Position numbers and translations under genes: made by a program. Below the pieces are notes generated by a model, which made no database searches, had not been told where the DNA came from, and saw only the letters and a program-made list of their open reading frames with translations. DNA of 63,343 nt, the filler included, from Sphaeroforma arctica JP610 (taxonomy: Eukaryota), in the NCBI RefSeq assembly GCF_001186125.1. It is 6 parts of 3 records of this genome, joined end to end, with 100 filler letters (N's around TTAATTAATTAA, not from the genome) between each part and the next. Parts side by side here need not be neighbours in the genome. Positions count along the whole stretch, not along the records: positions 1 to 22,439 come from NW_014040533.1; 5 more parts are not named here. The stretch is one strand, 5' to 3'. This document shows, one piece after another, positions 1 through 13,600 of the stretch. Numbering within the stretch: the first letter of the stretch is position 1; each line of letters opens with the position of its first letter.

Positions 1-390
1 TATATACACATGTATATGTATTTATGTATATATGTATATATGTGTGTGAAGGGCAATCTCGACGAAATTTACGTATACTAAATATTTGACGTTTATGCCG
101 ACGCAAAAGATTGTATATGTCATCAAATGACGTGTCCAAGGTGCAAGTAGGCATGGAAGGCCGTACACCTAAATGATCCGATATTAAGTTAATAAATCGC
201 ATCTTAATTATGTACAGTATTGTCAAGGAATGTGGACTTAGCCAAATAGTCGCGGACACTTTGGGATGGTGAGCTCATTGTAATGCATTCGCAGATGAAA
301 GTCCAGAGACGCCGCGCACTTTGCGGTGGTAGTGATCTCTTACAGAACCAACTGTGCCAAGTGACTCTTGTGCCCCATTCATCCCTGCAG

Positions 391-3300
391 ATACGATCTA
401 CTGTGTATTGAAGGTCTAGTGCGTGGCATCCGAATCTTCGAGCGCAACATCGAGCCGCCCAGGTACGTGTCCTCCCCTGCGACACAGAAAATCATTGTGG
501 AGAAAGAGACCCAGCAGATACGTCCGTACGTGGTGGGCGCGGTCTTGCGCAATGTCACATTTAACGAGGACTCGTACGCGAGCTTCATCGATCTCCAGGA
601 TAAACTACACATGAATATTTGCCGTAAACGTACGCTTGCCTCAATTGGTACACACGATTTGGATACCATCAAGGGTCCCTTCTACTACAGAGTAAGTGTG
701 TTAGTGTTAGCTTCTTGTCCAATCTCGCACGTAGTGCACTGCTGCATTTCTCTGTGGCGCCATTGTGAGCTATGCTTGGTATCTTTGTGATCCATGCTTG
801 GTACCATTGTGACCTATGCTTAGTACTATTGTGACCTATGCTTGGTACCATTGTGACCTATGCTTGGTACTATTGTGGCCTATGCTTGGTGCTATTGTGA
901 CCTATACTTAGTACTATTGTGACCTATGCTTGGTACCATTGTGACCTATGCTTGGTACCATTGTGACCTGTGCTTGGTGCCATTGTGACCTATGCCTATG
1001 CCTGGTGCTATTGTGACCTATGCTTGGTACTATTGCGACCTATGCTTGGTGCTATTGTGACCTATGCTTGGTGCTATTGTGACCTATGCTTGGTGCCATA
1101 GTGACCTATGCCTATACTTGGTACCTTTGTGACCTATGCTTAGTACTATTGTGACCTATCCTTGGTACAATTGTGACCTTTGCTTGGTACCATTGTGACC
1201 TATGCTTGGTGCCATAGTCACCTATGCTTGGTACCATTGTGACCTATGCTTGGTGCTATTGTGATCTATGCTTGGTGCCATTGTGTCCTATGCGTGTACT
1301 GTTCTCTGTGTAGGCCATACTCACGTTCCTGTGCATGTGTCATGTTGTCCCCCTAGAGCTTCGTACATAGTCGGGATTTCTCGCGCGTGCTTCTGTACTT
1401 GGCCATTCTGCGTCTCATAGTCAAATGTTCCTTTACTTGATAAACAGGCTCAAGCGCCCAAGGATATCAAGTTCAAAGCACTCAAACAAACTGAGGAAAC
1501 CACCGCCGACGAACTTATGGAGAAGTACCGAACTGACCAACAACTGAAGCACTTTCTGCACATCATTGAGGACAGCCCTGTGTACCCAGTGGTGTACGAC
1601 AGTCAAGACATCGTATGCTCCTTGCCCCCTATTATAAACAGCGAATATTCCAAGATCACCTTGGAGACTAGGTATGTATTATGTTGCGAACGATCAATTG
1701 TGTACCGAGTGGTGTATGTGAATGAGATTCACCTTCAATCGTTGATATATGCGATAGACATTGTCTACGCTGATCACACTTTGGCTATACCGATACCATT
1801 TCGCTTGTACTGCACTTTACAAAGTGAATACAAAAAAAGTCATATACGTTCTATCTTTGACGTTTACGTACGGAATATACGCTGTTTAAGGTATCATTTT
1901 TTTTCGCTAGTGATGCAATTTTAAGCGATTTTAAATATTTGTTCCATCCCTATGTCACCTTTTTCTTCGAGAATAATCCATATTGCTTTTGCTCGGCACT
2001 CTGGTTGATTGCGACGTGTGATACTATACTAGCGGATTGCGAAGCTAATCATACTCATGGGCAGATAACCCTGAATCGGCTCAAGGGGAGTTTTGATATA
2101 AAGTGGCAGCGTACTCGCCTTTCACTTTTAAATGGGGGATTATTATAAACTTCTAATGGCAGCAGATGTATAGTTAAGCTGGACATGGTCGGTGACACCT
2201 GTTTGACCAACAAGACTCGCATTTATTCGGACAGGAATGTCTTCATCGAATGCACGGCCACTGACCGGAGCAAGGCCAACACCGTGGTGGACCAGATCGT
2301 ATCCATGTTCTCTGAGTATTGCGATACGCCCTTCACATACGAGCAGGTGGGTTCGTTATCTACAAATAATTGAAGATCAGATGTGTTCAGGCAATTGGTT
2401 TGTTGTAGGCGCACTGATGACGTGCGGCTGTAGGGTGTTGGACAAGGGGTGCACCAGGATTGAATTAGGATTGAGTAATCTGTGGTAGCTTTTGGACGTA
2501 CTCGTTACTGATTGTGATCGAAGTTGTCTTCATACTTTGGATCTTCAATTTGTTCAGTGTGGTTGCACGGTATCACAATTGAGTACTCAAAATGTGATAA
2601 CATGCTGCGCCAGTTCAGTACTCATATATGGTACAGTATATGCGCAAAAACACACTCCAATAGTAGAAAACTCACCAAATTTAGTTGCTAACGTTGTACA
2701 GGTTGATATCGAATACCCTGACGGCACAACGGAAATCACGCCAAAGATGGAGTATCGTCTGGAGAAGGTGCCTGTTGCCTACTTAAATAAGGTAAGTGGT
2801 GTGTACTCGCATGTGGTGACGTGTTCTTTATTACCGATGGAGATAATATCGACAGACCTAACCTTTATGTGAGTGTCGTTCCTGAATATCTGTATTGCTT
2901 TTTATGCGACTATATCATATATATCACGCACACTGGTCAAATACAAGTGCTTATAAGTTTCTCATAAGAACATCAGATGTATTCTAGTGCATCTGTTTGT
3001 GTGTGGTTGAGTGTAGGTCGGTAGCACTCTCGGATGGCACACGTCCTGCCAATGCCAAATACTGATGCACACATTCTTGGTGCATATGGCTATAAAGTCT
3101 ATCTATAGATATGTCGATTGCCTCAGGGCAGCACATCAATATACATTCACACGGACGGTGCCTGTTCATTCAGTGATGCGCTTGCACCTGGAATAACGTG
3201 CGAATTCGCGTAGAGCGGCTGCTATGCGCTCGAACACCCGTACTTCTATCAAACCAGATGTATTATTTGGCTATATGCACAAGCATCGCGATCTAGATTC

Positions 3301-6300
3301 CAGTCACGCACACCTTCACGCTCGTGCGAATATCCGTAGAAGCTTACGAACCGAAATAATGATCATACCACCTCATATCCTAGACCAGCACACTCATCTA
3401 TAGATGAGATTCGTACGAAATCGTATATTTCAGAGATTTAGGCTTGTGTGGTAATTAGCGTCATCCGCACGGCCCGTACTAGAGCACCACCACAAGCTCC
3501 CATAAAAGTAATTCTGTGTGCAAGGCCAAATTTGTCTATTTATCCTGGATTGTCTGTACTCGTTTATAGAGAGTTGGCATTGAAGAAACGGCCGAGAGTA
3601 TCGCCGCCATGCTGGACAAGATGTGCATCCCATCCACAGCCACAGATGCGGAGACCATTGAGGTCGAGGTGCCACCCACGCGCGCGGATATTCTGCACGC
3701 TTGTGATATTATGGAGGATGTTGGAATCGCATACGGGTAGGTCCAGATAAGTTGAGTACTTGACCATATGTTGGAGGCGAGACTGCGTACAAAATCTTTA
3801 TGTATTATATACAAGTGAACATATGTATATGATGTGCTAATTGTGATTGTATAGAGATATTCGTATAGTTGGCGAGAACATGTTTTTTCACTATCCTCGA
3901 ACTGCAGATTGTTTAGGCTTCTACTGCTAACTCAATACTACTTTCACTCGCCTTCATACCAGATACGACAACATCAAGATGACCATTCCCGACTTCCAAA
4001 CCGTTGCCGTACCAAATCCCTTAAATAAACTTACTGATCTGCTGAGAAACGAACTAGCTCAGTGTGGCTTCACAGGTATGCGAGCTTTCTTTCTTATCAG
4101 TGCAATTAATCGCCTGTGTACCTGTGAGTTTATATATTAGTGTTTGGGGGGGGGGGTTCACTCGTACCTAATATGTTTTAACTCCGTTCGTAAGCATTCT
4201 TGTATACACGGGGTAACCATTTCGAGTGCACATGGAGATACAAACGTTGAAATATGTTTATTGTGTGGTTGTAAAGATTTATGTCACGGTGAGAGTACAT
4301 AAGCACGTATTAGGATGGTGTTATTAGTCTGATGAATGCATGCGTTTTTTTGTTTGCCGAACCAGCAGTCGCGTTTGATCGTGACAGCCTATTTTCGACA
4401 TAATCAAATCTTTTAAATGTGATTAATTCATACATATGTGCGCATGTACGTCTGACCATCGTTTTTAATCTATCCCCCTTTCGCCCCTTCGTTTACACCC
4501 AACTCATAGAGGCTCTAACCTTTGCGCTGTGTTCGCTGGATGAGAGCTTCAAGTTCATGCGCCAACCACAGAGCAAGAAGGCTGTGACTATCTCAAACCC
4601 TGCCACATTCGAGTTCCAGATGGCGCGCCTGGACCTTGCGCCGGGGATTCTTAAGACCATTGCGAGCAACCGATCTGTCCCCATTCCCTTGAAGGTGCGT
4701 ATGTTACGGTGTCACCCTACTGTTGCTGGCTCCCGCGAGTGTGTGACAGTAGTGATGTATGTGTTGGATATGCGATGTGTAGTACGCGAGTCTCATCGGT
4801 TGCATCTTGTTACAAAGCGAATCTGTTGGTAAATGACGCTCAAAGTCTAAGAGGCCAACACGATTCAACATCACGAAACAGTGGACGTGCATCAGTCTGT
4901 GCCATCCCCATCCACATAGGCGAATATGTATCGACAACATATACCTGACATTCCAATGTGATCTTCTCCCACCATACTTGCATCTGCATACGTGCCGATA
5001 TTTATATTAGATCTTCGAAGTGTCGGACGTGGTTATGCAATGCGAAACAAGTGACACCGGGTGCAAGAACGAGCGTCGGCTGTGCGCGGCTTACTACGGC
5101 CAGACATCTGGCATGGAGGTCATCCATGGCCTCATTGACCGCATATTCCAAGTGCTGAGTGTGGAGTACGACGCCGCTGAGGGCTACAGCTACGAATCCG
5201 TAGATCGTATGTTGTACTGCTATGTGGCGTTGTAGTTCTGGAGTTTGGTAGTTTTGAATGGACTTGTGATCGTGATCGTGTACCGTAGCCTATGAAGTTG
5301 TGGTTCTGTGTCTCTACATCATTCAACCCCTGAATCATTGTCAGTCCGCTTCAATGAATGTCGCAAATCGCCTATTTACATCGCCAGAACCAAGCACTTA
5401 CGCCTCTCAAAAGTTACCTGGCGCAATTGCATTCCTTGTGCGTTCGTCGTACCATCTTCGCATCATAAAGAAATTTCATGCATGCAATTCTACTGAATAG
5501 ACACGGAACGCGGGAAACCCACGAAATTAGTTTGAAAAACCATAGGTGTGATTTTATGCCTACCCAGCTCGACACAGACATAGATTTGAATTTGACTTTT
5601 GGAGTGTGTTAATGTCTTTAAATGGAAGCACTAGATGGCACGATCTAACAGTAGCTGATGATAGCGAAATGATCGAATAGGTAAGTGCTTTAACTGTCAT
5701 TTACGCAACCGATCATGATATACGGAGAATCCAACAAGTCACTCATCAGACAATAGCGAATGAGTACAGCCTGTAAGTCATTGCGAATTGGCAATGTATA
5801 GTTTGAAAGTTTTAACTGATTCAGCTTCGCTTGTGCCTGTCGTCGAACACACATACATTCATGGTCTTTGCGTCTACGATGCTCGCCGCTTTGATCGTAT
5901 CATTGAGTCATTTCTGAGTGGTGACACGTGCAGACTACAATGGAATTGTGCCACCTTAAAAATGGGAGCGTGCACACTTGCCACATCAAGCCAGCGCAAT
6001 CTATAGATACCAACCAAGCATTCAGCAACGCTTCTAAGAAATCACAATACCTGAAAATCAACTTCGATTTTCTGGTTGGGGATTGAAAATTGGTTCTGAC
6101 CCAATCTATCGTGGACATTTGTTGAGTGCCGTGCGTGTGTATATCACTACCACAATACACATGTCCACTAAACGCACATAAACGAAATGTTTGTCTTATC
6201 AACAATTTAGTGCAATCAAATTTTCGTGTACGCACTTTCGAAAGGCAGACCCTATTTACAATATAAAATCCCTAAAACCCTANNNNNNNNNNNNNNNNNN

Positions 6301-6642
6301 NNTCTCTAAATCCCTAAAACTCTTCAATACACAGATCCTATTTACAATATAAAATCCCTAAAACCCTGAAACTCTTCAATACACAGATCCTATTTACAAT
6401 ATAAAATCCCTAAAACCCTGAAACTCTTCAATACACAGATCCTATTTACAATATTAAATCCCTAAAACCCTGAAACCCTTCAATACACAGACCCTATGTT
6501 CCTGGCTGGCCGCAGTGGATCTGTGCTATTCAAGGGCAAGGTTGTGGGCCAGTTCGGAGTAGTACACCCCGAAGTACTGGGCAGTTTCGAACTGAAGATG
6601 CCCACTTCCTTGGTTGAGATCAATGCGGAGATTTTCCTATAA
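391..6642 (+). CDS. FARSB: Phenylalanine--tRNA ligase beta subunit (cytosolic), 5'-partial, 9 exons
   Basis: Exons 391-691, 1448-1671, 2235-2346, 2702-2791, 3570-3736, 3963-4075, 4510-4694, 5011-5206, 6491-6642 have GT-AG boundaries with compatible phases (about 512 aa). Family motifs: [87 protein letters not shown] stop at 6640-6642. Confidence 0.96.
763..1293. repeat. 22-bp intronic minisatellite (TGTGACCTATGCTTGGTACCAT), about 24 copies
   Basis: Period of 22 read directly (GACCTATG at 811, 833...); lies in the first visible FARSB intron. Confidence 0.93.
6246..6497. repeat. 52-bp tandem repeat containing copies of the FARSB last 3' splice site and a CCCTAAA telomere-like motif
   Basis: CACAG|A(T/C)CCTAT ends at 6334, 6386, 6438 and 6490 (true acceptor). 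Each unit contains AAATCCCTAAAACCCTGAAA. Small N gap at 6283-6302. Confidence 0.88.
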
Positions 6643-6934
6643 TAAATAATTCATTGAGCCTTCTTGACGATGAACATGTACATAAACATACTTTGACCAA
6701 TACTTGATGATTTTAGCGTGTGTGTGCACTGTATATCATTTTTGCCATTTGCTTGTATTGGTTCCTTGATAGTATAAATGTCAAATTGAAAGTAATAAGA
6801 ATTTGCAGCTATCGCACATGCACTATCCGCATGTCTGCGCGCGAGCATAACAGACACTGGGGAGGCACTGATGATACTAGCCTTCTGGCATCCTCATGCT
6901 ATTAGTATATAGCTATATACATTCTTGTATATAC

Positions 6935-7115
6935 ATATTATTATATTATTATGTTACGATATTATATTATTATATTACTATATTATATTAATATTCTATT
7001 ATATAGTATTACTACTACTATTATTATTATTATTATTATTGTTATTATTACTATTGTATTATATTATATTATCGTTATTATTATTGTTATTCTTTCTATT
7101 ATTATTATTATATTG
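6935..7115. repeat. (TAT/ATT)n low-complexity microsatellite between convergent genes
   Basis: Direct reading. Confidence 0.85.
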
Positions 7116-7668
7116 TGAGATAGAAGCTAGTTAGAGAAACAATTCTTTTAATAGTAGTATTATTATAAGTTAGTGAAAGACTAGAGCAGGATTCTGGGCC
7201 CAGATATATATATGATACTGTGTCAGTGTAAATATTAGGTTCACATCACTTCAATTTGGATATATATATCTACACAAAGGTTATCACTTACAAACCTGCC
7301 ATTGAACTCTTATTTGCGTACACGCGTACACCTACGTTTGTTCAGGCGGCAAGGCAATGTGTATATATGTTCATAGGACGTGTCTGTGATTGAAGTAATT
7401 GCATTACGCATTTAGCATACGTCCACGTTTGTTATATGCAATTGTATGCACACACGAATTCTCGCCATTTACCTGATGCAAATATCGAGCATATCCGTGC
7501 AACTAACCCACTTGAATAGCAGATATCTGCAACCATAGTTTGTAAAGGGGTCTGAGTCACGACAAGAACGTCAAGCACATCAAGGGGGGTATTTTTTTTG
7601 TTGATATTTTATAATATTGATTATTAAGTACAAATTGAGTCTTGAACAGACGCTACCTAACCCTATCC

Positions 7669-10600
7669 CTAAACGTAATCGGCGTAGATGTCATTGGTCA
7701 TCTCAACCAAATCTCCCTCGTAAACGGGGTTGGTCTGCAAGTTCTGGCCCAAGATATCCGCACTATCCATGGCACCCACAGCCTCACTGCCACCGCGGCT
7801 GTACCACATGGCAGCGCCAGCTGCTGCAAGCACAGCAGCCGCACCCACAGCCGCACCGGCAATTATAGGTGTGTTGTTACCTCCGGGGACTTCCTCACAG
7901 GGACATTCGCACATCTCATTCGTGTACGCACATGTACTTGCCTCGTCAGCATCTGCACGCGTGAAGCTCGTGGGAGCCATACCGTTTGCATCACAGGTCT
8001 GTATACCCTTGCGCTGGCACATATCCACACAGTACGGCTTGGAGTTCTCTGCACCTTGCTCGCCGGAGACGATGTTACTCACGGGCGCGTTCACCGGCTT
8101 CTGGTCAGCCACATTCATACACTGTGTGCCTGTCACCTCGTCTGTGGTACAGCTCGAGACCTCAGTCCACTCGGCCCAGCTAGGCATGCACGCACACGCC
8201 TCATTGACACACACTCCGCCAGACGTATCGGTCAGGACAGCCTCATCATTGGTGTGACAATCGTCGTCAGCAATGTATGCGCGAGTGCGGGTTTGAACGC
8301 CACTCGTGCCACAGGCAGATTCTGAGCACACCCAACTGGACCATTCCTGCAACACGCACTCACACAGCTCGTTGCTGCAGCTTTCGCCATCACTGGTTTG
8401 CAAGGTGGCTTTCTCGAGGACCATGCACTCGCCATCCTCGATGTGCTCACGTGTTCTGGTCTCATGGCCGGTCTGACCGCAACCGTCCGTCGCTGTGATG
8501 CTACACGTCCACTCACTCCATGAGGTGATCTCACAGCACCTGGGCCCATAGCACAACCCGCCAGTCTGCGTCTCCACGCCGCTCTCATCGGCATCCACAC
8601 TCGCTGGCAAGTCACACTGCGTCAGATCAAACGTACGCGTACGCCATGTGACACCCCTGGAGCCACACGTGTTCATATCTGCATCACAGAACCACTCCGT
8701 CCAGGTATCGGGCTCGCACGTACACGCCTCGGTCTCGCAGCTGCCCACCTCCTTGTGCAAAGCTGCATCCTTCGTCTGGCAGTGCTCGTTGGTGATGTAG
8801 CCACGTGTGGAGCGCATCACACCTTCAGAGGAACAGGCGGTCGTGTCACATACAGGCTGAGACCACTCAGTAAGCTCACACTCGCACAGTTCGGTGTAGC
8901 ACGAACCGTCAGACTCTTCCAGCGAGATGTTGTCGCCCTTTACCATGCACGCACTGCTTGTGATGTAGTCTCGGCTTCGGATGTGTGTGCCTTCCATTCC
9001 ACAGCCATCCTTGTTGGTATCCATGCTACACACCCACTCAGTCCACTGGCCCACTGGGCAGCACTCTTTAGCGTGGCACTTGCTTCCCTGCTGTATCTCG
9101 ATACCCTCTGCATCGCTCACAACATCCTCAGACATCTCGCACGCCTCCAAATCATATGTACGGTATCTCCAGGTCGAGCCAGTTGCACCGCACGTTGCTT
9201 CATCGGCATCGCAAACCCAGCTAGTCCAGGACGAAGGCTCGCACACACATGGCACAGTCGTGCACTTGCCGTCTTCACGGTACAGCTCAGCGTCCATGGT
9301 CTGACAATCGTCCTCCACAAGGTAAGCACGTGTGGAGTAGCTCACACTCTCAGACGAGCAAGCCTCTTCACTGCACTCGTACGCACTCCATTCCGAAAGC
9401 TCACACTCGCACAGATCGGTTTGGCACGCTTCGTTGTCGGTGTGGTACAGGTCAGTGTCGTCTCCTTCTGCCACACAGCTGTCCACAAGTATGTGATCTC
9501 GTGTACGTTCCAGACGTCCGCTGAGGCCACAACCGTTCTTCTGAGTACTCAAGGAGCAGCTCCATGTCGACCATTGGTTGGTGCTGCAGCATACAGGGCC
9601 CTCGCACGAGGCACCGGATTGCATCTCAATGCCTTGTTCGTTGGTGACGATCTCGACTGGAAGTTGACAGCCTTCAAGATCAAACTTGCGGCGCCGAGTA
9701 TTTAAACCCGTGTTTCCACAGGTTTCAGTGTCCACGTCACAAGCCCATGGGCTCCATGCACTTGGCTTACATGCACACACAGGCGTAGTGCACGAGTCTT
9801 GTTCGCGGTGAAGCTCTGCATCACGTGTCTCGCAGTCGGCGTCGGTGATGTACCCTCGTGTGCTCACCTGCACACCCTCCGACGAGCACGCAGTCACGCT
9901 ACAAGTCCACTCGGTCCACTGCGTCAGCGGGCATTCGCACGTGTCTGTGAAGCACGCTTCGTTATCTGTGTTGCGCAGCGTGGCGTCGGAGCCTTCTGTG
10001 GTGCACTTGCTCGTCTCCACAAACGTCCGCTCACGAACGTAGTGGCCCTCGCGGTTGCAGCCATCGTTGGCGGTAGACACACTGCATTCCCAGTCACTCC
10101 AAGTGCTTGTTGCGCAGCACGGCTTAGCGTTGCAGGGGGTAGCACTCATCTGCTTCTCCACACCCGCAGCGTCCACAGCCACCGTGTCAGGCACAACACA
10201 GTCGTCGTTCATGGCGAAGTGACGTTCACGCCAGTTGTTGCCGATGGCGTTGCACTGGTGCTCATCCACATCACACTGCCACTCACTCCAGTGCGTGGGC
10301 TCGCACTCACACACCTCCGTCTGGCACACCCCATCGACACGTCGCGTTTCAGCATCCTTCGTCTGGCAGTCACTGGCGGTGATATAGCCACGGGTAGCAA
10401 CCCATTCACCCTGAGACGAGCACGCTTCTTCTGTGCATGTGTACTCGGTCCACTGCGTCATCTCACACTCACACAGCTCAGTCGAACACTCGTCGTCTCC
10501 GTTGCTCACCAGCACAGTGTTAGCACCGGCAATTGAGCACTCGTCTGTGGTCAAGTACGCACGCTCTCGGATGTAATGCCCCGTGAGCCCACAGCCATCA

Positions 10601-13600
10601 GCATCGCCAACAGTGCACGTCCAGCCACTCCACGGACTCGCATCACAGCACACAGGTCCATGGCACGCCTCACCCACGCGTGTCTCAGTGCCATCGGCGT
10701 CAGTCACGATACCCTCAGGCACGTCACAGTCGGTGGTGTCAAACTTGCGGGTCTGTATGTAGTTACCCTGCGAGCCACAGATGTCCATGTCCGCGTTGCA
10801 CACTTTCTCGGTCCACTTGGAAGGCACACAGGCGCATACATCTGTCTTGCACACCTCGCCTGTGCGCACCATTTCTGCACCCATTGTGCGGCAGTTAGGA
10901 CCGCTCACATAGCCTCTGGTCGATGTCATGACACCCTCTGAGCTGCACACTGTCTCTGAGCAGACATACTCACTCCAACTGGTCAAGGGACATTCACACT
11001 TGTCCGTGTGGCACGCTACGTTGTTCGTATTGAAGAGGTCGGTATCAGCGCCGCTGGTGATGCACTTGCCGTCCTCAACGAAGGCGCGGGTGCGCACATA
11101 CTCTCCAGTCAAGCCGCACCCCTGTGCTTCGCTCACAGAGCACGCCCAGTTGGTCCATGCGCTGGTATCACAGCACGCGGGAGCATAGCAGTCTTCCTCA
11201 TGGGTCTGTGTCTCAACACCCGTCTCGCTCACTACCAGGTCTGCAGGCAGCTCACATTCACTCACAACGTACTGGCGGTAGCGCTTGTTCTTGCCGCGGG
11301 AGCCACACTTATTCACATCAGCATCGCATTGCCACTTGCTCCAGTTGGTGGGCTTGCATACACACTCTTCTGTGCTGCAAGGACCATCCTCTCTGCGCGT
11401 CTCTACGTCCATTGCCTGACAATTGGGGCCAGAGATGTAGCCTCGAGTTGAATACATCACTCCGTCAGTACTGCACGCAGTAGCCGAGCATGCATAGTCA
11501 CTCCAGGGTGTCATAGGACACTCGCATTTGTCCGTGTGGCATGCTTCATCCTCTGTGTTGCGCAGGTCGACCATCGCACCGGCCGTGGAGCACGTGTCCG
11601 TCTCGATGAAGGCTCGTTCACGGATAAGCTTGCCCTCAACGCCACACCCATCCATGTGTGTGTTCACACTGCACACAAACTCAGACCACTCAGAAGTACC
11701 GCAGCACTCGGTAGCGCGGCAGCTCGTGCCTATCTGTACCTCTACACGGTCGTCATCAACAATTATATCCTCGGGTAGTACACACTCTTCGCCATTATAG
11801 GCACGCTGTCTGACATTCTTACACACAGAGCCACAGACAGCCTCGTTGGCTGAGCGAGTCCACTGAGTCCACTCGCTGGGTGCACATACGCATACCTCCG
11901 TCTTACACTCGCCGTCGGTTCGGTACGTTTCCGCATCCTTGCTCTGGCAGTGTGGGCCAGTCATGTAGCCTCTGGTGGCGTAGGTGACACCAGTTGAGCT
12001 ACAGGCACTCTCGGAGCACTTCCATTCGGTCCAGCTGGTCATGGCACACTCGCACAATTCCGTGTGACAGGCTACGTTCTCCGTATTGTGCAAGTCGGTG
12101 TCGTCTCCGGCCGTTGTGCACGCATCGTTTACGATATAGGCACGGTCTCGCACGTACTCACCAGAGACACTGCACCCATCCAGCTCGCCCACACTGCAAG
12201 TCCAGTCTGACCATTGGATCACGTCACAGCACTTCTTGGCGGTGCATGCAGAGCCTGTCTGTACTTCGAAGCCGTCCTCGTCAAGTACTATATCTGTGGG
12301 CAGTATACAGTCCTCGGTCTCGAACTTGCGCTGGCGATATGTGGCGCCTACGGAAGAACAGAAGGCGTCATCCGCATCGCAATGCCACTCTGTCCACATG
12401 GAATTTTTGCACTCACACGCCTCTGTTGTGCAGACGCCATCCTCTCTGTATGTCGCAGCGTCCTTGGTTTGGCATTTGTCAGTGGCCATGTACCCTCGAG
12501 TGGAGAACAGCACACCCTCTGAGCTGCACGACGTCTCCGTGCACTTAAAGTCGGTCCACGGAGTGAGTTCGCATTCACACTTATCCGTGCTACACGGTTC
12601 GTTGTCAGTGTGGCGAAGGTCGACATGCGCCCCAGCAATGGTGCACTCATCATTGTGCACAAACGTACGGGTTCGTACCAGCTTGCCGGTCAAACCACAG
12701 CCATCTGCATCCCTGACAGTGCACATGTACTCGGACCAGCTAGTGGTCTCGCAGCAGGGCTTAGCGCCACACTTGTCACCCTGCTGCCTCTCCACGCCAG
12801 CCTCGTCCACAATGATGTTCGCGGGCAGCACACAGTCCTCAATGGCAAAGGTGCGTTCTCTCCATGTGTGGCCCACAGAGCCGCACACATCCATGTTGCT
12901 ATCGCACACCCAGGCACTCCAACCGCTTGGCGAACACACACACGCCTCAGTCTCGCAGCTTCCTTCGATTCTGTACGTCTCCGCATCCATAACCTGGCAT
13001 GTCGGCCCAGCTATGTAGCCACGTGTGGCGTACATCACACCCGTGGAACCACACGCCGTCTCACTGCACTTCAGTTTAGTCCACTCAGTCAATGGACACT
13101 GACACAGATCTGTGGAACAGTCCATGTTGTCTGTGTTCATCAGCTCAATATCCGCGCCAGCGGTAGAGCAACGCCCGTCCTCGATGAAAGTTCGGGTGCG
13201 CTGCAGTTTACCCGCGACACCGCAGCCGTCGGTTTGGATATTTACAGTACACACAAACTCAGACCATGGAGAGGTGACGCAGCACTCAGCCCCATGGCAC
13301 ACCTCACCTCGCTGTGTCTCTACACCTGATGCGTCTGTGGCGATAGTGGCTGGCAGCACACAGTCGTCCAGATCATAGGCTCGTTGACGCCAGTTATAGC
13401 CAGACGAACCGCACCTCTCCGTATCAGCATCACATACCCAGCTACTCCATTGGGATGGTGTGCACACACATGCTTCCGTTTTGCACACACCCCCGGTCTT
13501 AGACGTCTCGGCATCCTTGGTTTGACAATTGGGTCCCGTTACGTAGCCACGTGTGGCAACCAATACGCCCTCGGAAGAGCACACTGACTCAGAACATTCG

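Noticed and set aside
763..1293. Regular short repeats resembling a CRISPR array (also 24338-25537, 34052-34368, 58246-58474)
   Set aside because: Head-to-tail units without unique spacers, in eukaryotic introns or intergenic DNA, with no cas genes.
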